Source: a bacterium
GTDB lineage: Bacteria > Cyanobacteriota > Vampirovibrionia > Gastranaerophilales > JBAXKC01
DNA: 50,948 nucleotides
Assembly (NCBI GenBank): GCA_037137535.1
Contig: JBAXKC010000020.1
Location: 1-50,948 of the forward strand
Direction of reading: 5' to 3'
In this document: piece by piece, positions 29,171 to 38,720 of the stretch
Position numbering within the stretch: position 1 is the first letter of the stretch
Layout: every line of letters starts with the position of its first letter
Translations under genes and position numbers: made by a program
The notes under the pieces: model-generated
Database searches by the model: none
Told to the model about the DNA's origin: nothing
What the model saw: the letters and a program-made list of their open reading frames with translations, nothing else

Positions 29171-31174
29171 CTACGCTTTAATTTCTTGAGCAAGTTTATT
29201 TAATTTAGCAAGAAGTTCATCAGCTTGTGCTTTTTCTTCTGCTGACAGTTTATTATATTTTAATTTAATTGTGTCAGCTAAAATTTGTGGAATGTTTAAT
29301 GCAACATTACTATTTAACTGATGTCTGTAGAATTCACTATAATCATTTGGCACTCTTAATGTCCAGTTTGTAGGATCATTAGCTCCAGGTCTATTATAGG
29401 TTTTGTCAATTCCAAAATAATCAGCAAAAGAAATTTGAATATTAGAAGCTCTTGTTGAGAAGATTTCTAAATATTTAGCATAAACAAACGCTTCAACTTT
29501 TTCTTCTAATGATGAATTAACAAATTTATGTTTGAATTCATTTCTTTGAGCTTCATCTTCAAAAAGATCTTGAGCAACTAAGTCAATATGAGGTTGAGCA
29601 GTATTTGTCTTAAATAATTCAGTAGCCCACATTCTTAAAGGAGCATTATCATGTGTACCAGGTGTTACACAGTGATGACTGTCAATATTTATTCCTCTGT
29701 AAATATGCTCGGGTTTTTCAGGAACTACGAATTGAGTTACTCTAATACCTGTAAGACCGAATTTATCTAAAACTGCTGCGACAGGAGTTGTAATAGTTCC
29801 AAGATCTTCAAAAATAACATTTTCTTTATCTTGATTATATTCTTTTGCAGCAGCTAAAATAACCTTTTCAATTACTTCAGCATATCTGTTTACAACATCT
29901 GCTCTATCAAGAGCTGATGTTTTAACTCTGAATTCACTGTCAACAGGCTCAGTAAGATCTAAATCTGTACTGGTAATTCTTGAATATTGCTCTAATTCTT
30001 TACAAGCATCATTCTCGTGAGCTGTTGGAGATGAGAATAATCTGCTTGCGCCATATTTAGGAGCAGCACTTGAAATGCCGTCTTTATATACATAAGGGTC
30101 AATTAGTCCAACTGCGTGGTCAATTCTTGCTCCGCCCGGATTTTCTTTGAAGACTTTTTCATATCTGGCTTTAAGAAGTTTTCCTGCTTCACCTAGAGTG
30201 CCGTCTTTTTTAACAACATTTTCAGGGTTGAATACAGGGAATCCCCATAATTGACCTGATTTTGAGAATAAGTCAGGAGGGCAGCCAAGGTTCCAACCTT
30301 TTAAGAAGTATGATTGAGCACTCCATGAATCTCTATCGGAGAATGCAACTTGAATATCAGCTATAGTGTTGATTCCATGACTTAAAGCAAATTCTTTTGT
30401 CTGTTCTTTTTGTTCAAATACAACAAATTGACAGAACTCATAGAAAGCTATTTCATTAGCATATTCTTTTTTGATTTCTGCAATTCTAACTTTTGCTTGT
30501 TCAGCTTCAGCTTCATTAGAGGGACAGAAAAGTTTTTTATCTGTTTCATTTGTCCAAAGTGGCCAATAATCATTATTATAAGCAATTGATAAAGCTTCAT
30601 ACATAGCATCTTTTTCTAACCAGAATTGGTTTTCTTCAACGTATGCTTTAAGCTTTTTATCTAATTCTTGCAAAACTTTTGATGAAGCAAGTTTTTTCTG
30701 ATAAGTTGAAAACGCTTCTTTTAGTGCTGATTCTTGTTTTGAGAAAATATATGAGTATTCAACTCTGTTTATATCGGAATTTTCTGGTTTATTATTTACA
30801 ATTTCTTCAAAAGTTTCTTTTGATAAAATATTATCCCATTCCTCTTTTGTTAAGGCTTCAATGTCAATAAATAAAGGGTTTGTGGAAAACATTGTGCTTG
30901 CATATGGAGACATGTCTATTGATTTTGTTTTACCGTCAGGGCCTAACTGAATACCTGTAAATCCTAGATTCTCAAGATATGTTATAAAGTTTCTACCACC
31001 ATGTGAAAAAGGTGAGCCCATACCTGTATCATTTACAGAAGGAAAACTTGAGCCATGAATAATCATGCAAAGTTTTTTGTCTAAAAGTTTTAACGCTTCT
31101 GAAACGGTTTCTGTATAAGTAAGTGGAAGGGTTTTTTCTGGTGCTAATGCAGCAGAGCAGCATTTTTTAGACAT
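29171..31174 (-). CDS. malQ: 4-alpha-glucanotransferase (amylomaltase, GH77)
   Basis: SPY...NPLFID, GCPPDLFSxxGQLWGFP, RIDHAVG, FEDLG, GTHDN, NRPG...NW catalytic motifs; start moved to ATG 31174 (GGAG RBS). Confidence 0.9.
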   Translation of the reverse strand: MSKKCCSAALAPEKTLPLTYTETVSEALKLLDKKLCMIIHGSSFPSVNDTGMGSPFSHGGRNFITYLENLGFTGIQLGPDGKTKSIDMSPYASTMFSTNPLFIDIEALTKEEWDNILSKETFEEIVNNKPENSDINRVEYSYIFSKQESALKEAFSTYQKKLASSKVLQELDKKLKAYVEENQFWLEKDAMYEALSIAYNNDYWPLWTNETDKKLFCPSNEAEAEQAKVRIAEIKKEYANEIAFYEFCQFVVFEQKEQTKEFALSHGINTIADIQVAFSDRDSWSAQSYFLKGWNLGCPPDLFSKSGQLWGFPVFNPENVVKKDGTLGEAGKLLKARYEKVFKENPGGARIDHAVGLIDPYVYKDGISSAAPKYGASRLFSSPTAHENDACKELEQYSRITSTDLDLTEPVDSEFRVKTSALDRADVVNRYAEVIEKVILAAAKEYNQDKENVIFEDLGTITTPVAAVLDKFGLTGIRVTQFVVPEKPEHIYRGINIDSHHCVTPGTHDNAPLRMWATELFKTNTAQPHIDLVAQDLFEDEAQRNEFKHKFVNSSLEEKVEAFVYAKYLEIFSTRASNIQISFADYFGIDKTYNRPGANDPTNWTLRVPNDYSEFYRHQLNSNVALNIPQILADTIKLKYNKLSAEEKAQADELLAKLNKLAQEIKA

Positions 31175-31391
31175 TAAAATTCTCCATTTTACAATTTTAT
31201 CTTTACCATAGATTAATTTACCAAAAAAATACAATTACATATAAATATTTTTTTTGATAATCAAGAATTCTTTACACTTAATAAATTTAATATTTAAAAG
31301 ATAAGCTTATATTTGCATAGATTTACTTCTATGAGATATTGCCTACTTAGCTAAAAAATAACTTATTAAGTAAAAAGCAAATTAATTATGA

Positions 31392-32855
31392 TTAATTTGC
31401 TTTAACATTATTATTATTCAATTTCATAAATTCGTCCAATAATACATAGCCTTGTGGCTTTGTATTGTCTTTTGGTAAGGCTTTAGCTGATAGCTCGGCA
31501 TGGTGTATTTTAGGAATTAAATCTTCTTCTTTTATTGAAATAGCACCGATGTAATTATCATCCGAATCACTGCCAATAAATGTAGTTTTTCCATCCTTGC
31601 CTTCTTCAGCTTTTATAATTGTGATTTCATGTCCGCTATTACCAACAATCTGATTGTTTTTATCAAGCTCAGTTATTCCCATAATAACATTTTTATCTGA
31701 ATTCAAAGTATCTATAATCTGCTTTTTAGTAGTATTGTAATCATAGTTATAAGATGTAACTTTACCAGTATCATCTACGTTCTGATAAACAACTGAAACA
31801 TTATCTACAGCTCCATCAACATCATTATCAACAATGTTTTCTACCGTATTAACCTCAAATTGAGCAAGACCTTTCCCGTCAGTAATAAAGTCGTCATTTC
31901 TTTTGTCTAATAATGTATTGTAGGTATTAGCGCTTCCCAATTGCATAAAGGTTGATTGCATAATTGTATCAACAAGTGATCTTGTATTGTTATCAGGTCG
32001 ATTTTGCTGGATTTTAGCTCTTACAAGAGCATTTTTGTCAGGTCTGATTTTGACTTTTACAGTATCAAAATCAACTGAGCTATGATCCATTCCAAAGCTA
32101 TTAAGAGTTTCAACGGCCTCAAGTTTATTTTTTGCAATATCATTATATTTTAAATTAATCTCCGCTGTCATCTCTGGAGCAGAAAGTGAAGCAACAAGTC
32201 TTGTAAATTCGGCAGGTTTTCTATCGGCAAGATTAAACTCAATGCTAGAAGCTACGCAAGTTCCGCTATATTCAACATTCATATCTTCTTTTGTTACTGC
32301 AATAAAAGGTCCTGTATATTTAGCATCGTTAAAGTGAGGAGCTAATTTACTATTAAAGCCCATGCCCTTATTAAAGGTCGTAAACCATTCATTTGCAAGA
32401 ATACTTGGTGTTTCTAAATCTGGAATTTTACCAAAATTTTGATTAATAATCATAGGGTTTTCAATAGTTTTTATTGTTTCAATTAAAACTTTTTTATTAT
32501 CAAGCCCGTCTGCTCTTGGTGTTGTCATAATTTTATGTAAATTTTGAAGAGTGCTTGAGCCATCATTTGACTTATTTGATAAAAGTTTACCAGTTTTTAA
32601 AAGGTTATCAAATTTTGCTTGATTTTCTTTGCCTATAAACTCGCTAATTTGAGAATACATTGCTTTATCTTGAGGATTATCAAGTTTTGCTTGAAATGAA
32701 ACTGCATTTAACCAACCTTTAAATGCAACAGGGTTAGTTTTAGCTGAATTTTGCTGAAATTCAGGCTTACTTTCTTGCACAACAGGTTTTGAAGTTTTAA
32801 CGGCTTCATATCTGTTTAACCCTGCAAATCTAACATTTAAAGAATTATTTATCAT
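31392..32855 (-). CDS. Hypothetical protein, putative papain/C39-like cysteine peptidase
   Basis: GTCVASS (Cys at helix start), GHEITI and IGSDSD in Cys-His-Asp order; repeated N-terminal xF-x-G/A motifs. Confidence 0.55.
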   Translation of the reverse strand: MINNSLNVRFAGLNRYEAVKTSKPVVQESKPEFQQNSAKTNPVAFKGWLNAVSFQAKLDNPQDKAMYSQISEFIGKENQAKFDNLLKTGKLLSNKSNDGSSTLQNLHKIMTTPRADGLDNKKVLIETIKTIENPMIINQNFGKIPDLETPSILANEWFTTFNKGMGFNSKLAPHFNDAKYTGPFIAVTKEDMNVEYSGTCVASSIEFNLADRKPAEFTRLVASLSAPEMTAEINLKYNDIAKNKLEAVETLNSFGMDHSSVDFDTVKVKIRPDKNALVRAKIQQNRPDNNTRSLVDTIMQSTFMQLGSANTYNTLLDKRNDDFITDGKGLAQFEVNTVENIVDNDVDGAVDNVSVVYQNVDDTGKVTSYNYDYNTTKKQIIDTLNSDKNVIMGITELDKNNQIVGNSGHEITIIKAEEGKDGKTTFIGSDSDDNYIGAISIKEEDLIPKIHHAELSAKALPKDNTKPQGYVLLDEFMKLNNNNVKAN

Positions 32856-32934
32856 TTACCCGCAATTCTCAAATATACCGACATAAGTTTAACTATATAT
32901 AAAAAAACAAATCATATAGTAAAATTGCTAAAAT

Positions 32935-35736
32935 TTAAAAAATGCGAGGTAGATACAAATAGAAAGTACTACCAATATTGACATGACTTTCAGCTCTTAC
33001 AAATCCGCCATGTGCTTCTAAGATTAGCTTTACAATTGATAATCCCAGCCCTGTGCCACCGGTTTCTCTACTTCTGGATTTATCAGTTCTATAAAAACGT
33101 TCAAAAATATTTTGTAAAGATTCTTCTCTAATTCCTTTGCTTTCATCTGTTATAGCAATAACATAAAATTGATCATTTTTAGATAAATTTATAATAATAG
33201 ATGAATTTTCATTACAATATTTAATCGAATTATCAACTAAATTTAAAATAGCTTGCTCAATTAAGCATGCATTTACTTCACAAGAATGAATTTCATTGGA
33301 ATTAAATATCATTTTTAAATTTTTATCATTAAGTTTATCACTGCACATAAAGAGTATATTGTCGATAATGTCGTTTAGCGGGCATAATTCCATGTCAATT
33401 ACGCCTCTTTCGACATCTTCTTCAATTTTTGAAATATACAACAAACTGTTGATTATATTATTTACTCTATTAACGTTATCAACTATTGCTTCGATAAATT
33501 CGTCTGTTTTAGTAGAGTTCTTATTTTTTTCATCTGATAAAAGTTCAGAAAATCCACTTATCATTGCGAGTGGTGTTTTTATTTCATGAGAAATATTGGA
33601 TAAAAAAACTTTTTGAGAATAAATTTCAGCTTCTTTTAAAAATATGGATAGTTGTTCAGCAATACTGTCTAAAAGAGATAAATTATCATTATTCAAGAAA
33701 CTTTCTTGATTATAAAAATATAAAAAGATACAAGCATACCTTTCCTTGTCTATTGTAAAAGGAATGGCAGCCAGCGACTTTACTCCAAGTTCATCATAAT
33801 ATGCCTTGAAATAATCAGGTATGGTTGACTGATTGGATATATTTTCATATAAGACAGGTTTTATTGAGAGCAATAAATCATGCCAGTATTGTCTGCAGTT
33901 TTCGCAAAATTTTCTTTTTTCAAAAGAAATAATTGAAGTATTAGCTCTGAATTCTTTAACATATTTTGGACCTGAAAAAATACTGTTAGCTTCAATAAGT
34001 AGAACTTGTTCAGCGTTGAAAAATCGAGATAGTTCACTATTAACAAGAAAAATTTTCTCATCAGAGTCATCTTCGCTTTTTAAAATATCTGAAATAGTTC
34101 TTAGTAATTTTTCTTTTTTAGCTTGCTGTTTTATTTGCATAAAAAGTTCAGAGTTTTTTATAATAAAACCAAAATGGGAACAAACTCCTTTTAATACGTT
34201 TATTTCATTAATATTTAATGATTTATGATTACTCGTATATTGTAAAGAAATAGAAGCAATTAATTCATTATTGAAAAACACAGGAAAGAAATAAGCTGAA
34301 TGCATATCATAAGAGTTAATTAAATTATGCTTAAAGGAAGATGCTGCTTTGCTTAAATTGATGTCTTCAGAATTATTTAAGACTATAATTTTATTTTTTT
34401 TGAAAACAGATATAATTTTATCAATATTTTCATGATGATATTCAGTGCCTACTATACTTTTAACATTGCTATTTTTTAAAAACTCCGAATATTCATCTAC
34501 TTTTAAAAATTTCTTACTATTATTATCAAAAAATCTTATATAACATCTATCTGTATCAAAGGTTTGCCCTATTTTTTGAACAAGAGCCTGTTTTAATTCA
34601 TTGAATTCAATAAATTCTGAAACATGCTCAATTAGTTCTCTGCGTGATTTTTCGGCTTTTATTGCCTGGCGAATCAAGTTTTGTTTTTTTATTAAATCTT
34701 GAGTATAACTCCAGCTGGATTTTCTGAAATTGTTTATTTTATGGACTAAAAGCCCAATCTCATCATTAAAATCTGTATCTATATTAATATACTCATCTTT
34801 TGGTTTAAGTGAGTCAATAATGCTCATAAGATTAGTAATTGGGCTTAAAAGTTTTGAAGAGAAAATATAATGGAAAAATATTGTAAGTATAAAAATCAGT
34901 AAAAATATGTATTGCATTAAATATGGAATTTCCATTTTAAAAAGAAAATTCCATAAAAATAAGAAAATAAAATTAAAACTTATTATAAGAAGGGAGATAT
35001 AAGTTAATAATTTTTTTCTGAAACTTAATCCTAGATTCAAATGCTCAAATTCTTTCAACCCTAAGCAAAGTAGAATAAGACCTAAGACCTTTGAACAATG
35101 AATATAGATTCGATAAATTGAAATGAAATAACCTGGGCTGGCAAAATATATTTGAAATACACTTAAAACTAAAAGAGAAGCTGATAAAAAAGTTAGTTTT
35201 TTTTTCTTTTCAATAGTCCTTTCATCTATTAATAAGACAAAAGATAATAGAAACAATAAATTATCAATGATTTCAACTATGGGATTTGTTGACATTATCG
35301 TATGAATAAAATGTTTGATAAAATTAATATTTAAATATAAAGAACCTTCAACAAAGGCTAAAATAGAAAATATTGATACAAAAAATATTGTGGTAATAAG
35401 TTTTAACTTATTAAGGGTAAATTGTTTTTGTTCTTTATTAAAAACAAAGATTGATCTTAAAATAAAGATCGATATAGTTATATTAGACAGACTAAGCATT
35501 AAAAATTCAGGATTACAACACGGAAGAATACAGGTAAAACTTTTTGAGACGATGAGAGAATGAAATGAATGAACCATTTCAAATATAGTTCCGCCGCTAA
35601 AACCTAAAAATAAATAATAAAATTTAATATTTTTAGTTTTTAAAAATCTTTTTAAAGATAGCGCAACAAGTAATAATAATAATGAAATTATTACTATGCT
35701 AAAAAAAACATTATGAGCAAAATTAAATGACAGCAT
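32935..35736 (-). CDS. Membrane sensor histidine kinase (MASE3-like - HAMP - 2xGAF - PhoR-like kinase core)
   Basis: TM-rich N-terminus, NDEIGLL HAMP, two GAF-like segments, NISHEIKTPL, NLVDNSIKY, FERFYRTDKSRSRETGGTGLGLSIVK. Confidence 0.92.
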   Translation of the reverse strand: MLSFNFAHNVFFSIVIISLLLLLVALSLKRFLKTKNIKFYYLFLGFSGGTIFEMVHSFHSLIVSKSFTCILPCCNPEFLMLSLSNITISIFILRSIFVFNKEQKQFTLNKLKLITTIFFVSIFSILAFVEGSLYLNINFIKHFIHTIMSTNPIVEIIDNLLFLLSFVLLIDERTIEKKKKLTFLSASLLVLSVFQIYFASPGYFISIYRIYIHCSKVLGLILLCLGLKEFEHLNLGLSFRKKLLTYISLLIISFNFIFLFLWNFLFKMEIPYLMQYIFLLIFILTIFFHYIFSSKLLSPITNLMSIIDSLKPKDEYINIDTDFNDEIGLLVHKINNFRKSSWSYTQDLIKKQNLIRQAIKAEKSRRELIEHVSEFIEFNELKQALVQKIGQTFDTDRCYIRFFDNNSKKFLKVDEYSEFLKNSNVKSIVGTEYHHENIDKIISVFKKNKIIVLNNSEDINLSKAASSFKHNLINSYDMHSAYFFPVFFNNELIASISLQYTSNHKSLNINEINVLKGVCSHFGFIIKNSELFMQIKQQAKKEKLLRTISDILKSEDDSDEKIFLVNSELSRFFNAEQVLLIEANSIFSGPKYVKEFRANTSIISFEKRKFCENCRQYWHDLLLSIKPVLYENISNQSTIPDYFKAYYDELGVKSLAAIPFTIDKERYACIFLYFYNQESFLNNDNLSLLDSIAEQLSIFLKEAEIYSQKVFLSNISHEIKTPLAMISGFSELLSDEKNKNSTKTDEFIEAIVDNVNRVNNIINSLLYISKIEEDVERGVIDMELCPLNDIIDNILFMCSDKLNDKNLKMIFNSNEIHSCEVNACLIEQAILNLVDNSIKYCNENSSIIINLSKNDQFYVIAITDESKGIREESLQNIFERFYRTDKSRSRETGGTGLGLSIVKLILEAHGGFVRAESHVNIGSTFYLYLPRIF

Positions 35737-36424
35737 TTTCTTTGAATTTGTACCCGACTCCGTAAATTGTTTCTATATTTTTACCATGTAATCCAAGTTT
35801 TTTCCGCAACCTTACCATTAAAACATCAATAGATCTTTCAAATACATAAGCCTCATCACCTTTTAATTCATCAAGTATTTGAGATCTTGTGTATGCTCTA
35901 CCAGGTTTTTGAGCTAATAGATGCAATACTTTAAATTCTGAATTTGTAAGTTCAATAATATTATCATTTATTTTAACTTCAAAATTCTCAGGATTAATTA
36001 AAAGTTCACCATAGTTTAACACTTTTTGATTCAAATTTGTATCTCTGTTTGTTCTAGATATTACCGCATTTACTCTGGCTAAAAATATTTTTTCACTAAA
36101 TGGCTTTGTTATATAATCATCTGCACCTTGTTCAAAGCCTGTTAAGACATCATATTCATTATTTCTGGCGGTTAGCATAATAACAGGTATTTTCCAAGTT
36201 TCACTATTGTTTTTTAATATTTTACAAATCTCAAATCCACTCATATTAGGTAACATCACATCTAATATAACTAAATCGGATTTGTTTTCTATGATATACT
36301 CAAGAGCCTTTTCTCCATCGCCAAAAGCCACAACTTCATAACCATTTTTTGACATAATATAAGTAATCAACTTCAACATTGATTCTTCATTATCGATAGC
36401 AACTACTTTTTTTCTGGTATTCAT
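35723..36424 (-). CDS. OmpR/PhoB-family response regulator
   Basis: ILDVMLP, IMLTA, GADDYITKPF receiver; LTNSEF...RSIDVLMVRLRKKL...IETIYGVGY winged helix; overlaps the kinase by 14 nt. ATG 36424 preferred over GTG 36436. Confidence 0.95.
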   Translation of the reverse strand: MNTRKKVVAIDNEESMLKLITYIMSKNGYEVVAFGDGEKALEYIIENKSDLVILDVMLPNMSGFEICKILKNNSETWKIPVIMLTARNNEYDVLTGFEQGADDYITKPFSEKIFLARVNAVISRTNRDTNLNQKVLNYGELLINPENFEVKINDNIIELTNSEFKVLHLLAQKPGRAYTRSQILDELKGDEAYVFERSIDVLMVRLRKKLGLHGKNIETIYGVGYKFKENAVI

Positions 36425-36671
36425 TTTTCCACGCACACACTTATTTTTTTAAACAGTCAAACAGTCAAATAATATACTTTACTTATCAAGGATTATTAAA
36501 ATTAAAACAAAGATTTAAATCAAGATAAAATCGATCGATAAATCAATATCTTAAGTATATCATACTTAAAGGTGAATTTTTTTGAATGTATATACAAAAG
36601 AGGGTTAATATAAAACCTTATAAAGGTGATAATTATTTTATTGCTGAATTATTTGTAAGTGAGGAAAATAT

Positions 36672-37100
36672 ATGGGATATTGGGAGGAATGTGATCTATT
36701 TAAATATGCTTTTATATCAGATAGTAGCAATAATTTATTTGAGCAAAACTCATATTGCGTTAGATGTGGAAAAAAAATTGACTTTGTTTGGCAATTAATT
36801 AAATGCTCTACTTGTGGAGGTACAAGAACTCCGTGTACTAACAACGCAAATAGTAAAATTAGGCCGTTAAATAATAATTGCAGTAAATGTGGTTCGAGTA
36901 AATATAGGGTCGAGATAAGTAAAAATATTAAACTTTCTGAAATTGACTTAGCTATATCGTCTAAAATTGTATCAGATGGCATAAATTTCCCGATTATTGT
37001 AGGAAGTAATATAGAACAAACAGAGATAACTATTGAACCAATTTGCAAAAATGAACTGAAAAGTTTTGATATTTGGAGTAAAAAAATATATGGGACATAA
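36672..37100 (+). CDS. Small zinc-ribbon protein
   Basis: CVRC, CSTC and CSKC knuckles; GAGG RBS; followed by a terminator. Confidence 0.65.
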   Translation: MGYWEECDLFKYAFISDSSNNLFEQNSYCVRCGKKIDFVWQLIKCSTCGGTRTPCTNNANSKIRPLNNNCSKCGSSKYRVEISKNIKLSEIDLAISSKIVSDGINFPIIVGSNIEQTEITIEPICKNELKSFDIWSKKIYGT

Positions 37101-37130
37101 AAAAAATAAGGGATAACTCCCTTATTTTTT
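37101..37130. terminator. Bidirectional terminator
   Basis: AAAAAATAAGGGA-taac-TCCCTTATTTTTT between convergent ORFs. Confidence 0.85.
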
Positions 37131-37144
37131 CTTATTTATTTAAT

Positions 37145-37333
37145 TTATTGCCAACACTGTTTCGATTTTTTATATGATTTATGTCTTCTTTCTTCTTTTT
37201 GTAGAAAACGATTTAATAGGCCATCTACGTCATCAATTACATTTTTACAACTAAAAGTTTCTGAATCTTCATTGAAATTACAAGTGTCGAAATCAATTCC
37301 CTGAGTCCAAATATTCATTTTGTTTTTGTTCAT
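37145..37333 (-). CDS. Small hypothetical protein (62 aa; acidic middle, basic tail)
   Basis: AAGGAG RBS, upstream sigma-28-like promoter, downstream terminator. Confidence 0.7.
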   Translation of the reverse strand: MNKNKMNIWTQGIDFDTCNFNEDSETFSCKNVIDDVDGLLNRFLQKEERRHKSYKKSKQCWQ

Positions 37334-37377
37334 GATAACTCCTTGCTAGAAAATTTAATTAATATCTTCATAATAAT

Positions 37378-37404
37378 TGATCGTCATTTTTGGAAAAAAC
37401 TTGA
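37378..37404 (-). promoter_or_regulatory. Sigma-28-like promoter
   Basis: Minus strand TCAA(GTTT)-N15-GACGATCA, 44 nt upstream of the ATG. Confidence 0.5.
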
Positions 37405-37608
37405 GTAAATAAATGTAACGATAGAACCCCCTTCTCTTTAAAGGATTATTGCTGAATTTCTTTAAGAAATGTTAACAATAAGTAATGAAATATTCACTTT
37501 ATACGCAATTCGTATATACTTTTTGTTTTTATATTAACACAAGGGTATAGGATTCAAAAAACTGAATAGAATATTGGGGATATTAAAGTTTTTCAAGGGA
37601 GTTAGGTT

Positions 37609-38286
37609 ATGGGAAATTATTTTAACAACAACTACAGCAGGCAGAATTATCATCACAACAACAATATTGGGAATCAGGTTTACACAAGACCACACAATTC
37701 AAATTCTTTTAATTTAATACCATTTGGTCATCGTCAACCTGACCCCACCGGTTTAATTAGACAAGGAAATCGAATACTGTCAAGTGATCCTTATCAAGGA
37801 TTGGGCTTAAATTTAAATCAAAATAGCTGTTATGATAACAGGGAGCATCATCACCAACATAATCGTAATAATGGTACAGGTTTTGGTGATATCTTAAAAG
37901 GTATATTAGGTATAGCTTGTTCATTCTTTGGTAATAATAATAATGCACAAGTTCAACAGCAACAACAACAACCTGTTGTATATAATAATAACTGTAATTG
38001 CAATATGAACAATCCTCAACAAGTGCAACAAAACGCTAATTCACAAAATATCTTAAAAACATTATTAGCTTTGATATTATCAATGAATGGAAACCAAAAC
38101 AATACTAATCAGACTCAACAACAGGCTCAAACACAGCAGCCGACTTATAGTTTTGCAACACCTGAAGCTTCTGAGTTTATTTTAAAAGGTAGATATACCC
38201 AAACAACAGTTACTCAGAATCAACCAATATACAGCTTCGCAAAACCCGAAGACTCTGCATTCATTTTAAAAAACAAATTTAATTAA
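37609..38286 (+). CDS. Asn/Gln/His-rich low-complexity protein with two amphipathic helices and a duplicated C-terminal motif
   Basis: AGG RBS; QPTYSFATPEASEFILK / QPIYSFAKPEDSAFILK repeat; terminator follows. Confidence 0.75.
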   Translation: MGNYFNNNYSRQNYHHNNNIGNQVYTRPHNSNSFNLIPFGHRQPDPTGLIRQGNRILSSDPYQGLGLNLNQNSCYDNREHHHQHNRNNGTGFGDILKGILGIACSFFGNNNNAQVQQQQQQPVVYNNNCNCNMNNPQQVQQNANSQNILKTLLALILSMNGNQNNTNQTQQQAQTQQPTYSFATPEASEFILKGRYTQTTVTQNQPIYSFAKPEDSAFILKNKFN

Positions 38287-38336
38287 ATTTTCATAGAATA
38301 ACACATCCTCAGAAAAACTAATCATAACCCAAGTTT

Positions 38337-38362
38337 ACCGGAATTTCCCATTCCGGTTTTTT
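38337..38362 (+). terminator. Intrinsic terminator
   Basis: ACCGGAAT-ttccc-ATTCCGGT followed by TTTTT. Confidence 0.8.
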
Positions 38363-38380
38363 CTTTTGAATAAAAAAGAC

Positions 38381-38409
38381 TTGACTCTAAAATATGTTCT
38401 GAGTAATAT
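38381..38409 (+). promoter_or_regulatory. Sigma-70 promoter of tRNA-Phe
   Basis: TTGACT-N17-TAATAT with A-rich upstream region. Confidence 0.6.
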
Positions 38410-38431
38410 ACTTATATTGAAAGTTAAATAC

Positions 38432-38504
38432 GCCGCGGTAGCTCAGTCGGTAGAGCAAGGGACTGAAAATCCCTGTGTCGACAGTTCGATTCTGTCCCAC
38501 GGCA
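38432..38504 (+). tRNA. tRNA-Phe (GAA)
   Basis: Acceptor GCCGCGG/CCACGGC (one C-A mismatch), D-arm GCTC/GAGC, anticodon arm AGGGA-CTGAAAA-TCCCT, T-arm GACAG-TTCGATT-CTGTC; CCA not encoded. Confidence 0.95.
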
Positions 38505-38522
38505 TTTCTCTTTCTAAGAGAT

Positions 38523-38546
38523 AATCGGCGGTTGCCGATTTTTTTG
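38523..38546 (+). terminator. Intrinsic terminator after tRNA-Phe
   Basis: AATCGGC-ggtt-GCCGATT followed by TTTTT. Confidence 0.8.
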
Positions 38547-38720
38547 TATGTTTAGTTTTAAAATTAACAAAATAAGAATCCCTGAAATTTCCTAAATTAA
38601 TATGATAAAAGTCACATCTGAATTGTGATTATCTAAATGCTTAATGAAATATTCAACATTTAGATAATTTTAAAAAAATATTTAACTATTAATATAGTTG
38701 TAAATACTATAGGAGCAATT

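Noticed and set aside
36586-36798. 70-aa + ORF overlapping the zinc-ribbon gene (possible frameshifted N-terminus), and minus ORF 36638-37048
   Set aside because: The 36672 ORF has its own RBS and motifs; the others lack recognisable features. A frameshift cannot be fully excluded.
14817-38504. Genomic island bounded by tRNA-Asn and tRNA-Phe
   Set aside because: No integrase, no duplicated tRNA 3' end seen, and housekeeping malQ lies inside.
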